A DNA stretch of 64,000 bases, taken from assembly GCA_044376115.1 (NCBI GenBank), contig JBILLK010000035.1:1-64000 (forward strand), written 5' to 3'. The position numbers and the translations under genes are program-made. The notes under the pieces are model-generated. The model worked only from the letters and a program-made list of their open reading frames with translations. It ran no database searches and was not told the DNA's origin. Below, piece after piece: positions 29,094 to 39,368 of this stretch. Position 1 is the first letter of the stretch. Each line of letters begins with the position of its first letter. This stretch comes from Polyangiaceae bacterium. GTDB lineage: Bacteria; Myxococcota_A; Polyangia; Polyangiales; Polyangiaceae.

Positions 29094-30120
29094 CCATCGC
29101 CTGCGCCAGCTTCGAGTGCGTCGAAGCTGGCGGATGCCAGCTCGTGCCCCAACCGAAGGGCCTCGTCGTGCCGGGTGGCATGCCGGAGGACTGCCAGAAC
29201 GTCGTATGCGATGGGTTGGGCGCCACGGTGGTTGGCAACGATGACGCTGATGTGCCCGCCTCGGACTCGAACCCATGCACCCAGGAGGCCTGCTCGAACG
29301 GCACGCCGATCTATCAGCCCAAAGCGTCGGGCCTGCAGGTACCGCCCGAGAACGGTGTTGCATGCGCTGGCGTCTGCCAAGCTGGGGTGTACGCCGGAAC
29401 CTGCGGACTTCGCATCTTCCAGCGAACGTTCCCCGCGGCGGGCGCGTGGACCTCGAGCGCACTTTCGGATGGGCCCAGCCCCTGGCAGGCACCGGGCGCT
29501 CCGCCGCCCAACTCGATCACCGTCGCCGAGGAGACTTCGGACGGCTCACGGCTCATGGTGGTACGGCAGCCGGCCAATCAGCAAAGCACGTACTACGAGT
29601 TCATCAATGGAGCGTGGCAATCAACCCCGCTGACCTCCGTCCCCGGGCTGGCGCAAGAGCCCGTCCTCTCGGCCCTCGGCAGCGGCAGGTACATCCGAAA
29701 TGAGGGTGGAGCGGAGGTCGAGCTGGAGCTGGCCGCCTTCGTGGGTTCAACCAACCCACTGACGGCTTACGCCTATATCGTCCCTCCGGTTGGGACGCTG
29801 GTCCTCGAAGCCTCCTTCGTGATTCCGGTTCCTATGCAAAAGAACCCGAATCTGTGTCCCCAGTATCAATTCCCGATCCTCTGGGCCTTCAACGAACAGC
29901 GCTCCGTCCCAGCTGGAGACCCGCCCCCGCGTACCTGGAAGTTCTGCAACGGCCTGGTCTACGTAGAGAACAACAACGACTTAACCCTATTGGCCAACCT
30001 ACGACCGAGGCCGCGAGCCCGCTCCAAATCACGGGCAACAACGGCTCCCCAATCCCTGGGACCATCCTCGCTGCGTACTACCGCAAGTCGGTCAATACCG
30101 TGTTCATGATCGCGCCCTGA
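29093..30120 (+). pseudogene. 5'-truncated Cys-rich exported protein, also frameshifted near 29980
   Basis: PIACASFEC...EDCQNVVCDG...D.NPCTQEAC resembles the 10327 protein; no signal peptide; the C-terminus continues in the frame ending at 30120. Confidence 0.65.
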
Positions 30121-30165
30121 GACGGCTCGGTATTGGCTAGTCGCGGCGCACCTACCACCTAGCGT

Positions 30166-30187
30166 GGCAACGGTCCAGGCCGTTGCC
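30166..30187. terminator. hairpin between convergent genes
   Basis: GGCAACGG-N6-CCGTTGCC, with no U tract. Confidence 0.35.
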
Positions 30188-30204
30188 CGCGAGCCGGCAG
30201 CCGT

Positions 30205-30855
30205 CTACGTCATATCCGTCGTGAGCAGGTAGTAACGGCCGTTGATGTTTATCACGATGACGTTTTGCTTGGTGTCCACCGCGTTGATGATCTCCGGGCG
30301 AGCCTCGACGTCGAGTTGCCACGTGCATCCGTCTTCCACGTCGCCCTTCTTATGGTTTTGCGCTTCGGTGCCTGGCCCCACGTACTTGAGCTCGACCGGG
30401 GTGCCGTCCTTGCGCGCTTTGGCCATGTCGCCGTGGAGTTTGGTGACGTTCGCGCGGAACTTGGTGAGCTCCTCGGCGAGACCTGGCCCGGTGCAGGTGA
30501 CCGCAGAGGCGAGCACCGCATCGCTCGGAAAGAGCGCAAGCGCTGCATCTGGCGTTTCCTCGTTCAGCGCCTTGATGAAGGCGCGTGCCACGGCCTCGGA
30601 CGATTCGAGCCCGCCTGCTCCTTCCGGTGCCGCGGCTGAAGTGGCCGCAGAGGCAGTGGTCGGCGCAGCCGCAGAAGCCGGCGCCGCTGCGGAGGCGGGA
30701 GCCGAAGCCGAGCTCGAAGGGGCGCTCGAGCTTTTGGCCTTCGCCGAGGCGGACTGGGTTGCAGGTTGAGCGCTGGTCTTCGTCGCGCTGTCCCCTGAGC
30801 CGCACGCAACTTGCAAACAGAGCAATCCGATCGAACCAATGACTGAGAGCTTCAT
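30205..30855 (-). CDS. hypothetical lipoprotein
   Basis: Lipobox QVA-C, Ala/Ser linker. Confidence 0.7.
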   Translation of the reverse strand: MKLSVIGSIGLLCLQVACGSGDSATKTSAQPATQSASAKAKSSSAPSSSASAPASAAAPASAAAPTTASAATSAAAPEGAGGLESSEAVARAFIKALNEETPDAALALFPSDAVLASAVTCTGPGLAEELTKFRANVTKLHGDMAKARKDGTPVELKYVGPGTEAQNHKKGDVEDGCTWQLDVEARPEIINAVDTKQNVIVININGRYYLLTTDMT

Positions 30856-31144
30856 GCGCCCCTGTATATCGCTTGAGGGCGGGCCAAGAAGGAGAATTGG
30901 AGCGCAGTCGCGCACGGGGGGCCGTGGCTCTACTGCACTGTGCGATAGCCGCGCGGGCGTGGGCCAGTGTGGGCGCGCTGGCACGCGATTGTGGTCGATG
31001 ACGTGCAATAGGCGTTTAGCGATGGATAGCTAATTAGCGTCGTCAAGAGCAGACAGGCCGTTGGGTCGGGGCGGGGAGGCGGCCTTAGGGGATCGGCGGG
31101 GATACTGCCTGGGGATCGGCGGTCGAGAACGCGGCGGCCTTAGG

Positions 31145-31706
31145 GGGATCGGCGTCCGAAGTGGACGTTTTGTTGAGTTCGGCCGCCGATCGGGCCGGGA
31201 TGGGCGCGTGAATTCAACAAAACGTCCAATTGGAGGTCCCATCCTCGTTGGGGCGCGCGATAAACCATCGACCCATCGAGCACGCTCGCGAATCATGCAG
31301 GTCGGTCAGCGGATCTCGCTGTTGCGGTACACCTGATCCACCACGAGCTCAGCGCGTACGCTGGGCACCTCCACGCGGTCGCCGGCGACGGCCGCGCGCG
31401 TTAGCCATCCGCCGTCTTCCCCGCGCGAATGCACGGTGATGCGCCGCTCGCGATGCGAGACGATGATGCATTCACGCAGCGTTGGGATGGTTCGGTCGAT
31501 GGACCCGGCCCGAGGTCGTAATCGATCGACGATGGCACGTAGCCGTAGCGCTCTCTGCTCAGGCGGTGAGCGGAGGCGGGCCGAGGTGGATGCGGACGTT
31601 GCCGGGATCGGCGTCCGAAGTAGACGTTTTGTTGAGTTCGGAGACCGATCGGGCCGGGATGGGCGCCCGAATTCCACAAAACGTCCAATTGGAGAGCCCA
31701 TCCTCG
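31145..31706. repeat. two 103-bp direct repeats (31145-31247, 31604-31706), each with an internal 19-bp inverted repeat
   Basis: TGGACGTTTTGTTGAGTTC-N29-GAATTCAACAAAACGTCCA. Confidence 0.9.
31306..31540 (-). pseudogene. Uma2 endonuclease C-terminal remnant
   Basis: PSSIDYDLG / IPTLRECIIVSHRERRITV...GW...G.RVEVPS....L.VD.VY, frameshifted. Confidence 0.75.
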
Positions 31707-31746
31707 AGGCGGTCTCCGCCTTCGGGTGCCTCACCGAACGGTGGAG

Positions 31747-31791
31747 GCGACATTGGGGCGTGCGATAAGCCATCGCTCCTCCCAATGTCAC
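31747..31791. repeat. family B 45-bp palindrome (partial copy also at ~31248-31270)
   Basis: GCGACATTGGGGCGTGCGATAAGCCATCGCTCCTCCCAATGTCAC. Confidence 0.85.
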
Positions 31792-32313
31792 ATCGAGCCC
31801 CGGCGACTGCGGGCGCGCCTGAGAATCACACGGCGCTGCGAGCCACTCGGCGCGCGAGTCACACAGCGCCGCGCGCCCCGTCAACGACGGCTCTCTCTGC
31901 TCACGCGGCGAGCGGAGGCGGCACAAAATGAATCGGCCCGGTGGACCTTGCCGCCGAGCCTTGCCGACGTCTCTCCCCACTGTCTGGGGGCTCCAACGGT
32001 CAGCTACGGTTGAAGCTAGCGCGCTTTTGCGAGAAGGCAAGAAAGCCGCAACTTTGTTGTCGGGCGCGAAGGGTTGTGACCGCGAAGGGTTGTGATCGCG
32101 AAGGCTTGGAACGGAGCAAATGCCAAACGACGGCGGCGAGGATGCACACGCCGGTGAGCGATAGCCCGACCAAGGCCATCGATTGGGTCGAGGGCTGAGG
32201 CGTTGGTCTGCCTGCGTACAGCATTATCGCTAGACCCCAATCACGCAGTCGCTGCCCAGGCCGCCGCAGCTTGGTCAGAGCGAGCCGCGTCTCGTCGTGT
32301 GATAGCGTGGCTC

Positions 32314-33912
32314 ATGGTCGCGCGGCTGCGTTCTCTCGGGTTTGTGGCTTTCACAGCGTGTTCGGCGGCGTCCAGCCCGGAGCTGCCCAAGCCCACGGCG
32401 CTCGACTTGCCACCTGCGGAGCCGGTAGCTACGGCGCCGGTCTCGGTGGTCGCGCGGGCCGAGCTTCCGCCGCCGCGCGAACTGCAGCTGTTCATGATGT
32501 CGCACTGCCCGTACGCGGTGCTCATGATCAAGCAGGTGGCGCCGATCCTGAAGGAGCTCGGGGAGCGTGTGCGCTTTCGCGCGGACTTCATCGGGGTGAA
32601 CAACGACGGCGTGCTGACCTCGATGTTCAAGGAGGAGGGCGTAGCGGGTGACATCGCGATGCGCTGCGTGGAAGAGCACTCGGCGCGCTGGCTCGAGATC
32701 TTCGAATGCCAAGGGAAAGACCGGAAGAACGCGGCGAAGAACTGGCGTGAATGTGGTGCTGGGCTCGGGCTCCCGGTGGATCGGGTCGAGCAATGCATCG
32801 CGTCGGGGGAAGGGCGGGCGCTGCTTAGCGATAGCTACGCCGCTGCCAAAGCGGCGGGCGCGCGCGGCTCACCGACGTTGATGATCGACGGCGTGGTCTA
32901 CAACGGGGCGCGGCGGGAACGAGCTCTGCGAGCCGCGTTCTGCGAGGGGCTCGGCGCGCCGAAGCCTGCGGCTTGCGAGGGCATTGCGCCGGCGCCCGAG
33001 GTGGCGGTGCAGCTCCTGACCGACAGTCGTTGCAGCGAGTGCAGCCTCGAGGCCCTCGAGAAGTCGCTGCGAGCGCAGCTCGAGACGCCGGTCTTTGGCC
33101 CGTCGCTCGACGTTGCAACGCCGGAGGGGCGAGCGGCGTTCCTGCGTGTGCAGCCCGCCAAGCTGCCGCTGGCCGTCTTCGATGCGACGCTCGATCGAGA
33201 TCCCGAGGCGCTGGCCGCTTTGGGGTCGGCGCTGAAGACGGCTCCTTCGGGTGTGCGCTTCATGGCCAAGGGAGCTTGGAACCCCGTCTGTGCAGACGCT
33301 GGCGGCTGCAAACTCGACGAGTGCAAAAGCACGCTGCAATGTCGGCAGGAGCGCCCGCTGACGTTGGAGCTCGCGTTCATGTCGAAGTGCCCGTTCTACG
33401 CGAAGGGGATCGTCGCGCTGAAGGAGACGATCGATCAGCTGCGCAAGCAGGGCGAGACGCTGTCGGTTCGTGTCGACACGATCGGAGAGACCAAGGACGG
33501 GAAGTTCATCGCGATGCACGGAGTGCGGGAGATCGAGGAGAACATGCGCCATCTGTGCGTGGCGAAGAAGTACGCAACGAAGCTGAAGTTCCTCGACTAC
33601 TTCGTGTGCCGCGCACAAGACCAGGCCTCCGACGCCTGGGAGCAGTGCACAGGCGGTACGACGGGCTTCGACGCGAAGGTGATCCGCACGTGCGCAGAAG
33701 GCGCCGAGGGGAAGGCGCTGCTCACCGCCTCCAACGCTCGTCTCATGGACGCGGGGTTGGGCGCCTCGCCAACCTGGGTCGTCAACCAGAAGTTCAAGTA
33801 CTCGCCGAAGGAGGCCACGCCGTTGCTGGGCGTCATCTGCAAGCACAACCAGCTCAAGAGCTGCGCCGTTGCGCCGTCGAGCACAGCTGCGCCAGCGAAA
33901 GGGAAGCCCTGA
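32314..33912 (+). CDS. lipoprotein with tandem thioredoxin-fold (GILT/DsbA-like) domains
   Basis: LFMMSHCPY...GSPTL.I.G and AFMSKCPF...MHG..E..EN...LC...ASPTW; central CSEC; lipobox FTA-C. Confidence 0.7.
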   Translation: MVARLRSLGFVAFTACSAASSPELPKPTALDLPPAEPVATAPVSVVARAELPPPRELQLFMMSHCPYAVLMIKQVAPILKELGERVRFRADFIGVNNDGVLTSMFKEEGVAGDIAMRCVEEHSARWLEIFECQGKDRKNAAKNWRECGAGLGLPVDRVEQCIASGEGRALLSDSYAAAKAAGARGSPTLMIDGVVYNGARRERALRAAFCEGLGAPKPAACEGIAPAPEVAVQLLTDSRCSECSLEALEKSLRAQLETPVFGPSLDVATPEGRAAFLRVQPAKLPLAVFDATLDRDPEALAALGSALKTAPSGVRFMAKGAWNPVCADAGGCKLDECKSTLQCRQERPLTLELAFMSKCPFYAKGIVALKETIDQLRKQGETLSVRVDTIGETKDGKFIAMHGVREIEENMRHLCVAKKYATKLKFLDYFVCRAQDQASDAWEQCTGGTTGFDAKVIRTCAEGAEGKALLTASNARLMDAGLGASPTWVVNQKFKYSPKEATPLLGVICKHNQLKSCAVAPSSTAAPAKGKP

Positions 33913-33949
33913 GGATCGGCGCCGCGGGGCCGCCGTTTGTGCTCGACGA

Positions 33950-34441
33950 TCAGGGAAAGGCCACGGCAACCATCGAGGCTACAGCGGGCCCATCGTCAGG
34001 GATCTCGAGCGGCGTGAGGTGTTTACGCAGACACTCGGCGAGCGTCGGGTAGTCCGGCAACTCTTCCACGGAGAGCGTCTGCTGTTTGCCGTGTACGAAG
34101 AGGAACCGCACGCGCACCGTGGCGCTGACTGAAGCTGGCTCGGGACGCCAGCAGCGCTCGCGCAAGGTCGCGTGCTGGGCGGCGACCAGGCGCCGCACGA
34201 CGTCGTCCGACGAAGAGAGGACGCTGGGAATGGGCGGCGCCTTCGGCTCGGGCTGCGTGGTGGCCGCGGACGGCATCCTCGTGGGCGCGACGACCGACAC
34301 CTTCGTGAGGTTGGTCTCGACCGGCATCGTGCCTTCGGGGCTGGGGCCGCGAGCGGCCGCGAGCCCGAAGTAAAGGCCGGCGCCGACCATGGCACCGGCG
34401 CCGAGTATCGCGCCGGCCAGGAGCTTCACCTCCGCTTTCAA
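33950..34441 (-). CDS. hypothetical membrane-anchored protein
   Basis: N-terminal TM helix, Pro linker, C-terminal domain with two Cys. Confidence 0.6.
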   Translation of the reverse strand: MKAEVKLLAGAILGAGAMVGAGLYFGLAAARGPSPEGTMPVETNLTKVSVVAPTRMPSAATTQPEPKAPPIPSVLSSSDDVVRRLVAAQHATLRERCWRPEPASVSATVRVRFLFVHGKQQTLSVEELPDYPTLAECLRKHLTPLEIPDDGPAVASMVAVAFP

Positions 34442-34448
34442 GGGCGCG

Positions 34449-35447
34449 TCAGTACTTCGGCCACTCGGAGCAGCAGTACTTGCCTGCGAGTGAGTTCGCT
34501 GCGGGGGCGACGCCGTCGAAGTTGGTGCAGTCGGCGATGTTGACCTGGATCGCCGTGTCGTCTCCCACGCGATCGGCGAGCCACGAGTTCACGATGGGCG
34601 TGAACGACCCCGAGATGCACGCGCGGCGGACCTCTTCGTGACGACAGAGGTGGGCGCCGCCGTAGAAATTCGAGCAGTCGGTGGACGCGTTGTTCCAGTT
34701 CGCCGTGAAGCTCTCGTGGTAGACGCACAGGAGGGAGCGCGCGGTGTCGACTGCCCGCGTCTGATCGGCGAACCCCACGGTCGGGCAGGTCGCCACGCTG
34801 GTCGGCCCGGCCGGACCCTGCGGGCCTGCGGGACCCTGCGAACCCGCCGGGCCTTGAAGACCCTGCGCGCCTTGAAGACCCTGCGGGCCGACGGGACCCT
34901 GCGGGCCGACGGGACCCTGCGGACCGACGGGACCCTGCGGACCGACGGGACCCTGCGGACCGACGGGACCCTGCAGACCCGTCGACGGGCCCACCCACTC
35001 ACCACTCCCGTCGATCACCGTGACGCCGTTGACGGTGACCGAGCTCGGGTTGATGTCCCCGGTCGCGTCGTTGGCGACCATCGCGAACGGCACGCTCCGC
35101 ACCTCGGCGCGTGGAGTCGCCTCCGAATCGTCACCCACGGTGACGCCCAGGAAGAGCGGCCCCGTCGCGCCGGCGAGGACGGGCGTTAGCGGCTCGGTCT
35201 CTCCGAGGGCGACCGAGTAAAAGCCGCCGTCGAAGCTGATCGTGTGGGTCTCGGTCCAGATCGCCGAACCACCGGTCGCGGTGCTGTAGAGCGCGAACTG
35301 CAAGCTGAGCGACCCGTCGATCGGCTGCCCGTTCGCGTCGAACAAGCGCCCTTGGTGGGTCAGCGTGTCGGGGACGGCGGCACGTGCCTCGCTGGCCCAG
35401 GCGCACAATGCAGACAGGCTGAGAAGGGTCGCTAAGCGGAGTTTCAT
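34449..35447 (-). CDS. exported collagen-like protein
   Basis: Signal peptide, P..LT.QGRL.D..G.P N-domain, (GPVGPQ)n triple-helix repeat, Cys-rich C-terminus. Confidence 0.85.
   Translation of the reverse strand: MKLRLATLLSLSALCAWASEARAAVPDTLTHQGRLFDANGQPIDGSLSLQFALYSTATGGSAIWTETHTISFDGGFYSVALGETEPLTPVLAGATGPLFLGVTVGDDSEATPRAEVRSVPFAMVANDATGDINPSSVTVNGVTVIDGSGEWVGPSTGLQGPVGPQGPVGPQGPVGPQGPVGPQGPVGPQGLQGAQGLQGPAGSQGPAGPQGPAGPTSVATCPTVGFADQTRAVDTARSLLCVYHESFTANWNNASTDCSNFYGGAHLCRHEEVRRACISGSFTPIVNSWLADRVGDDTAIQVNIADCTNFDGVAPAANSLAGKYCCSEWPKY
34804..34989 (-). repeat. collagen-coding 9/18-bp tandem repeats
   Basis: gggaccctgcgg(a/g)ccgac x5 plus degenerate units. Confidence 0.9.
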
Positions 35448-35610
35448 GGAGACATATGGTCGTGGAGGCGTGCTCGTGGGTCAACGCTCGAGTCAGGCGT
35501 CGCTCAATCTTCTTCCGGCGCGTCCGAGTCGTAGAGGTGCATCACCTCGGCTTATTCGAGCAATAGGCTCGCGCAGGGAGACGAGGTCCTCCTGCGGTGT
35601 CTTCTCTCAC

Positions 35611-36661
35611 TCACGAGGTCCAGTCTTGCATCCAGGGTTTGGCGCGGTAGCGATCCCAGGAGTCGGGGAGGACGGTGACCACCGGCCCCGTGAGATCGCT
35701 GCGGGCTGCGATGCGCAGGGCTGCGACGACGTTGGTGCCGGCTGATCCGCCGACGAGCAGGCCTTCTTCGCGTACGAGGCGTTTGACCATCGCGAAGCTC
35801 TCTTCGTCGCTGACGCGCTCGGCGCTGTCGATGACGTCGCGGTGCAGGTTGTGCGGCACGTCACTGCCTCCGATGCCCTCGACGGCGTAGGAACCGCCTG
35901 CGCCGAGGCTGCCGGTCTCGATCCAATCAGCGAGGCTCGAGCCGATTGGATCGGCGAGCACGATGCGCACGCCGGGGCACGCGGCCTTCAGTTTGCGGCC
36001 CACACCGGAGAGCGTACCTCCGGTGCCGACGCCAGCCACGAAGGCGCCTACACACCCGTTGGTCTGCTCCAAAATTTCTGCCCCGGTTGTCTCGAGGTGC
36101 GCGCGAACATTGGCCGGATTGCAAATGACTCGTGCCAAGTCTCAAGGACGAACGGGGCCTTCGGCCGTTTTTATCGCAGAGGGCCCGAGTCATTCTGTTT
36201 GCTGCATCAACCTTCGGTTGAAACTGGTCGGTGAGGAACCAGCCGTTCTCCTCGGCCATGCGTCGCGCGACGTTGCGGAAATTCTCTGGGCTGGCTGGCG
36301 GTGCGTTGGGCGTGATTACGACCTTGGCGCCGAGCGACGCGAGCGCCATGCGCTTATCGACCGACATCTTCTCTGGCATCACGCAAACCAGGCCGTAACC
36401 GCGTGCAGCGGCGACCAGCGCGAGGCCCACGCCGGTGTTGCCAGCCGTTGCTTCGATCAGCGTCATGCCAGCGCGCAGCGCTCCACGCGCCTCTGCGTCC
36501 TCGATGATCGCAAGCGCGATGCGGTCCTTGATCGAGCCGCCCGGGTTCATGTGCTCGCACTTGACGAACACAGGCTGCGCAAGGCCGCGCGCGATGCGTT
36601 GCAAAGGGACGAGCGGGGTGCTTCCGATTTGCCGCAGGATGGATTGACGGTCGTGCTTCAA
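35611..36661 (-). pseudogene. PLP-dependent cysteine synthase / cystathionine beta-synthase family gene interrupted by a 97-bp insertion
   Basis: KCEHMNPGGSIKDR, ATAGNTG, GTGGT, EEGLLVGGSAG; deleting 36124-36220 restores TDQF-CNPAN in frame. Confidence 0.9.
36124..36220 (-). mobile_element. 97-bp structured non-autonomous element (copy 1)
   Basis: Interrupts the CDS; homologous to 53124-53220 and 63932-64000. Confidence 0.85.
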
Positions 36662-37105
36662 GCTCCCTTGCCTCCAATCCCCGTACCCAGCGTTTCGCTC
36701 ATGCGCAGCGCGACCACGATACCGGAGGCGCAGGTGAGCGCGGCGACGGACCACATCGCGGCTGCTCGCCAAGGACCGGGCGAAGTTCGACGGGCTGCTG
36801 CCGATCGTCAGGGCGGCGCTCGAGGCCTCCGTCGCGGGTCCCGCGCCGGACATCATCACCTTCTGGGGGCTCTTCTATCTGGTCGCGGTAGCCGACTCGA
36901 CGGACAGCTTGGTCGCCAAGGTCGCCGAAGCCAATGCGCGCTGGGGCGATAAACATGCAACGTTCGATCGAGTGATGAAGGCCGCCGTAGGCGGCTCGTA
37001 GCGCGCCCGTCTAGGCTCGAGCAGGCGGCCTCGAGCGAAAGGCACGGTCTCGCGATTAAGCTCGATTAAGCGGCGAACCGAGCGCTCTGCGCGGATGCTT
37101 CGAGC

Positions 37106-38569
37106 ATGATGATGCGCCTTGGAATGACCTTGTACGTGGGACTGCTTGCGGGCTGTGCGACCATTGTTGTTGAGCCGAATCCGGAGGAGGCGGGAGGCTC
37201 TGATTCGACTGGAGACGGCTCGAGCGCCTCGAGCGGCGGTGAAGGCGCCGGGGCGACGACAGGCTCTACGGGCGCGGGCGCTGTCGACATCGACGCATGC
37301 CCCGGCGATTGGACGCACATCCTTGGCGGCTCCAGCGCGAACTGGTTGCGTGGGCAAGCGGTAGGTCCGGACGGCTCGGTCGCAGTGACCGTCGATAGCG
37401 TCGGCGAACTCACGGTGGACGGCGTATCGCTGGGCTTCGACGATGGTGGCTTGGCGGTGGTCAAGTTCGGTCCCACCGGTGAGTTCGAATGGGCGCGCCG
37501 CTTCGGTTCGAGTACGCAAGGGCCGAAGTTGCCGGTCGCCTTCGATCCGCAGGGCAACGTGATCGTTGGCGGTATCGGCTACGGGACGATCGACCTCGGT
37601 AACTTGGTCGCGAACCACGACGGCGCGGTGGGCTACGTCGTGAAGTATTCGCCCGACGGCGAGCCGCTTTGGTTGCAGAGTTGGTCGGTGCCGATCGAGT
37701 CCGGCGGGCTCGCCAACCTGGCGCTCGATTCCGTTGGCAACGTCTACTTCCAGGGCGCGATGGGCTACTTCGAGGGGAGCTTCGTTTGGGGCTCGCTGGT
37801 CGCCGACGGCGAGACCTTCATCGGGAAGATCTTGGCGGACGGAACGCCGGCCTGGGTGCGCGGCTTCGATGGGGTGCTGGTCGAATTCGACGGGCTGGCG
37901 ACCACGCCTAAAGATCACGTCGTGATCGGTCAATCGCTGGCGGGGACCGGCACGTTCGGCGAGGTGGAGCTCAGCTCGGTCGAGGACTTCGATCTGCTCA
38001 CGTTCGAGTTGGATAAAGACGGCGTGGTGGTCGACGCGCAGAAGTACGGCGACGCAGAGTTGCAACGTTCGTCGGGCTTGGTGACCGGCCCGACCGGCGA
38101 GCGCGCGTTGGCCGGTATCACTTGGGGCGCGCTCGACTTTGGAGCGGGCCCGGTGAGCGCGCCGGGGGCGACGGACTTCTTCGTCGCGGGGTTCGACGCA
38201 GAAGGCGAGAACACCTGGACTAAGACCGCGCCGAACAACTACGCCCCTAGCGCGATGTCGGCCACCGCCGGTGGCGGCCTCGCGCTTGTCGTCTCCGCGG
38301 AGGTTGCAGCGGCGTTCGGTTGTGGAGCGAGCGAGGCCGGTTCGGTCTTGGTGCAGGTTGACGCAAGCGGCGCCTGCCAGCTCGTCGAGCCCATCGTGTA
38401 TTGCACTGACGCTCCGTACTGTTCGATCGCCCTCGCCGACGTCGAGGTCTCTCCCGAGCGCAACGTCGTCAGCGGCTACTTCTCCGGCGAAGTCGTTCTC
38501 CGCGGCCAGCCCATCAGCGCCGATGTTTGGGACGGCTTTGTCAGCTCCAAAGGAAGCTGCGCGAAGTAG
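37106..38569 (+). CDS. lipoprotein with beta-propeller (SBBP-like) repeats
   Basis: Lipobox LAG-C; repeats of V.D..GN...G...G and VVK..P.G...W. Confidence 0.75.
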   Translation: MMMRLGMTLYVGLLAGCATIVVEPNPEEAGGSDSTGDGSSASSGGEGAGATTGSTGAGAVDIDACPGDWTHILGGSSANWLRGQAVGPDGSVAVTVDSVGELTVDGVSLGFDDGGLAVVKFGPTGEFEWARRFGSSTQGPKLPVAFDPQGNVIVGGIGYGTIDLGNLVANHDGAVGYVVKYSPDGEPLWLQSWSVPIESGGLANLALDSVGNVYFQGAMGYFEGSFVWGSLVADGETFIGKILADGTPAWVRGFDGVLVEFDGLATTPKDHVVIGQSLAGTGTFGEVELSSVEDFDLLTFELDKDGVVVDAQKYGDAELQRSSGLVTGPTGERALAGITWGALDFGAGPVSAPGATDFFVAGFDAEGENTWTKTAPNNYAPSAMSATAGGGLALVVSAEVAAAFGCGASEAGSVLVQVDASGACQLVEPIVYCTDAPYCSIALADVEVSPERNVVSGYFSGEVVLRGQPISADVWDGFVSSKGSCAK

Positions 38570-38576
38570 TCCGCGA

Positions 38577-39368
38577 CTACTTCACGACCAGCGAACCCAG
38601 CGCAGCCTCGAACACGCGGCGCGTTTCGTCGCTCGCGGGTAGGCGCAGGACGCCGAGGATGAACACGGTGTAGCCCTGGCCCTTCGAGGTTGGGTGCGGA
38701 TGCTTTCGGCGCACCTGCCAGAGCTGGGCGGGGTCGCGGCCTACCTTGCCTTTGCCCTCGACAAGCTCGACCGGCGTACCGCCGATGGTCGACGGTCGCG
38801 CCTTGCCCCACTCGGCGGAGGTGCCCGCCGAGATGCCGAGGTAGCGGCCTGCGCCGTAGTCCATCAGCGAGTCGTGGATCGCGCCGTGCTCCGCGATGAT
38901 GATGATCGCCCGCGCGGCCAGGAGCTCAGTCGTGTGAGGCTGTTTCGGGTCTCGCGGTGCCCGCAGAAATGCAAGTCGGCCCAGGTCCGAGCTCTCCGAC
39001 ATCCCGTCACCGAGCGCGAGCGTTGGCCAGTCCTCTGGCAGGCGGACCTCGGCGCCCCCGTGCTTCAACGAGCGGGGCAATGGGATGGTTGGGTCTTGGG
39101 GCGTTCCCAACCACGTCAGTGGCGGAGCTGTCGGTGGCGCCGATGCTGAGGCTGCCGACGCCGTGGCCGAGCTGGCGCTTGGATTCGCCGTCGAGCGCGC
39201 AGTCGTGAGCGCGTCGCCACTCGCGCTCGGGGCAGGGGAGCTTGTCGCGACGACTGAAGGCGAAGGCGAGGGGGGCGGCGCGGACTCGTGCACCTCGCAC
39301 GCGTCGCAACCAGCGCCGAGTACGACCCACCCGACCAGGCGGATCAGAACCTTCAGCGAGCTTGGCAC
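38577..39368 (-). CDS. hypothetical lipoprotein
   Basis: Lipobox GAG-C, Ser/Pro/Ala linker. Confidence 0.65.
   Translation of the reverse strand: MPSSLKVLIRLVGWVVLGAGCDACEVHESAPPPSPSPSVVATSSPAPSASGDALTTARSTANPSASSATASAASASAPPTAPPLTWLGTPQDPTIPLPRSLKHGGAEVRLPEDWPTLALGDGMSESSDLGRLAFLRAPRDPKQPHTTELLAARAIIIIAEHGAIHDSLMDYGAGRYLGISAGTSAEWGKARPSTIGGTPVELVEGKGKVGRDPAQLWQVRRKHPHPTSKGQGYTVFILGVLRLPASDETRRVFEAALGSLVVK

Noticed and set aside
32065..32105. 16-bp tandem repeat CGCGAAGGGTTGTGA(C/T) x2.5
   Set aside because: Only two full units and no context to assign a function
36124..36220. 97-bp element as a group II intron remnant or riboswitch
   Set aside because: No domain V or GUGYG/AY ends and no riboswitch consensus that I recognise; positions relative to genes are inconsistent
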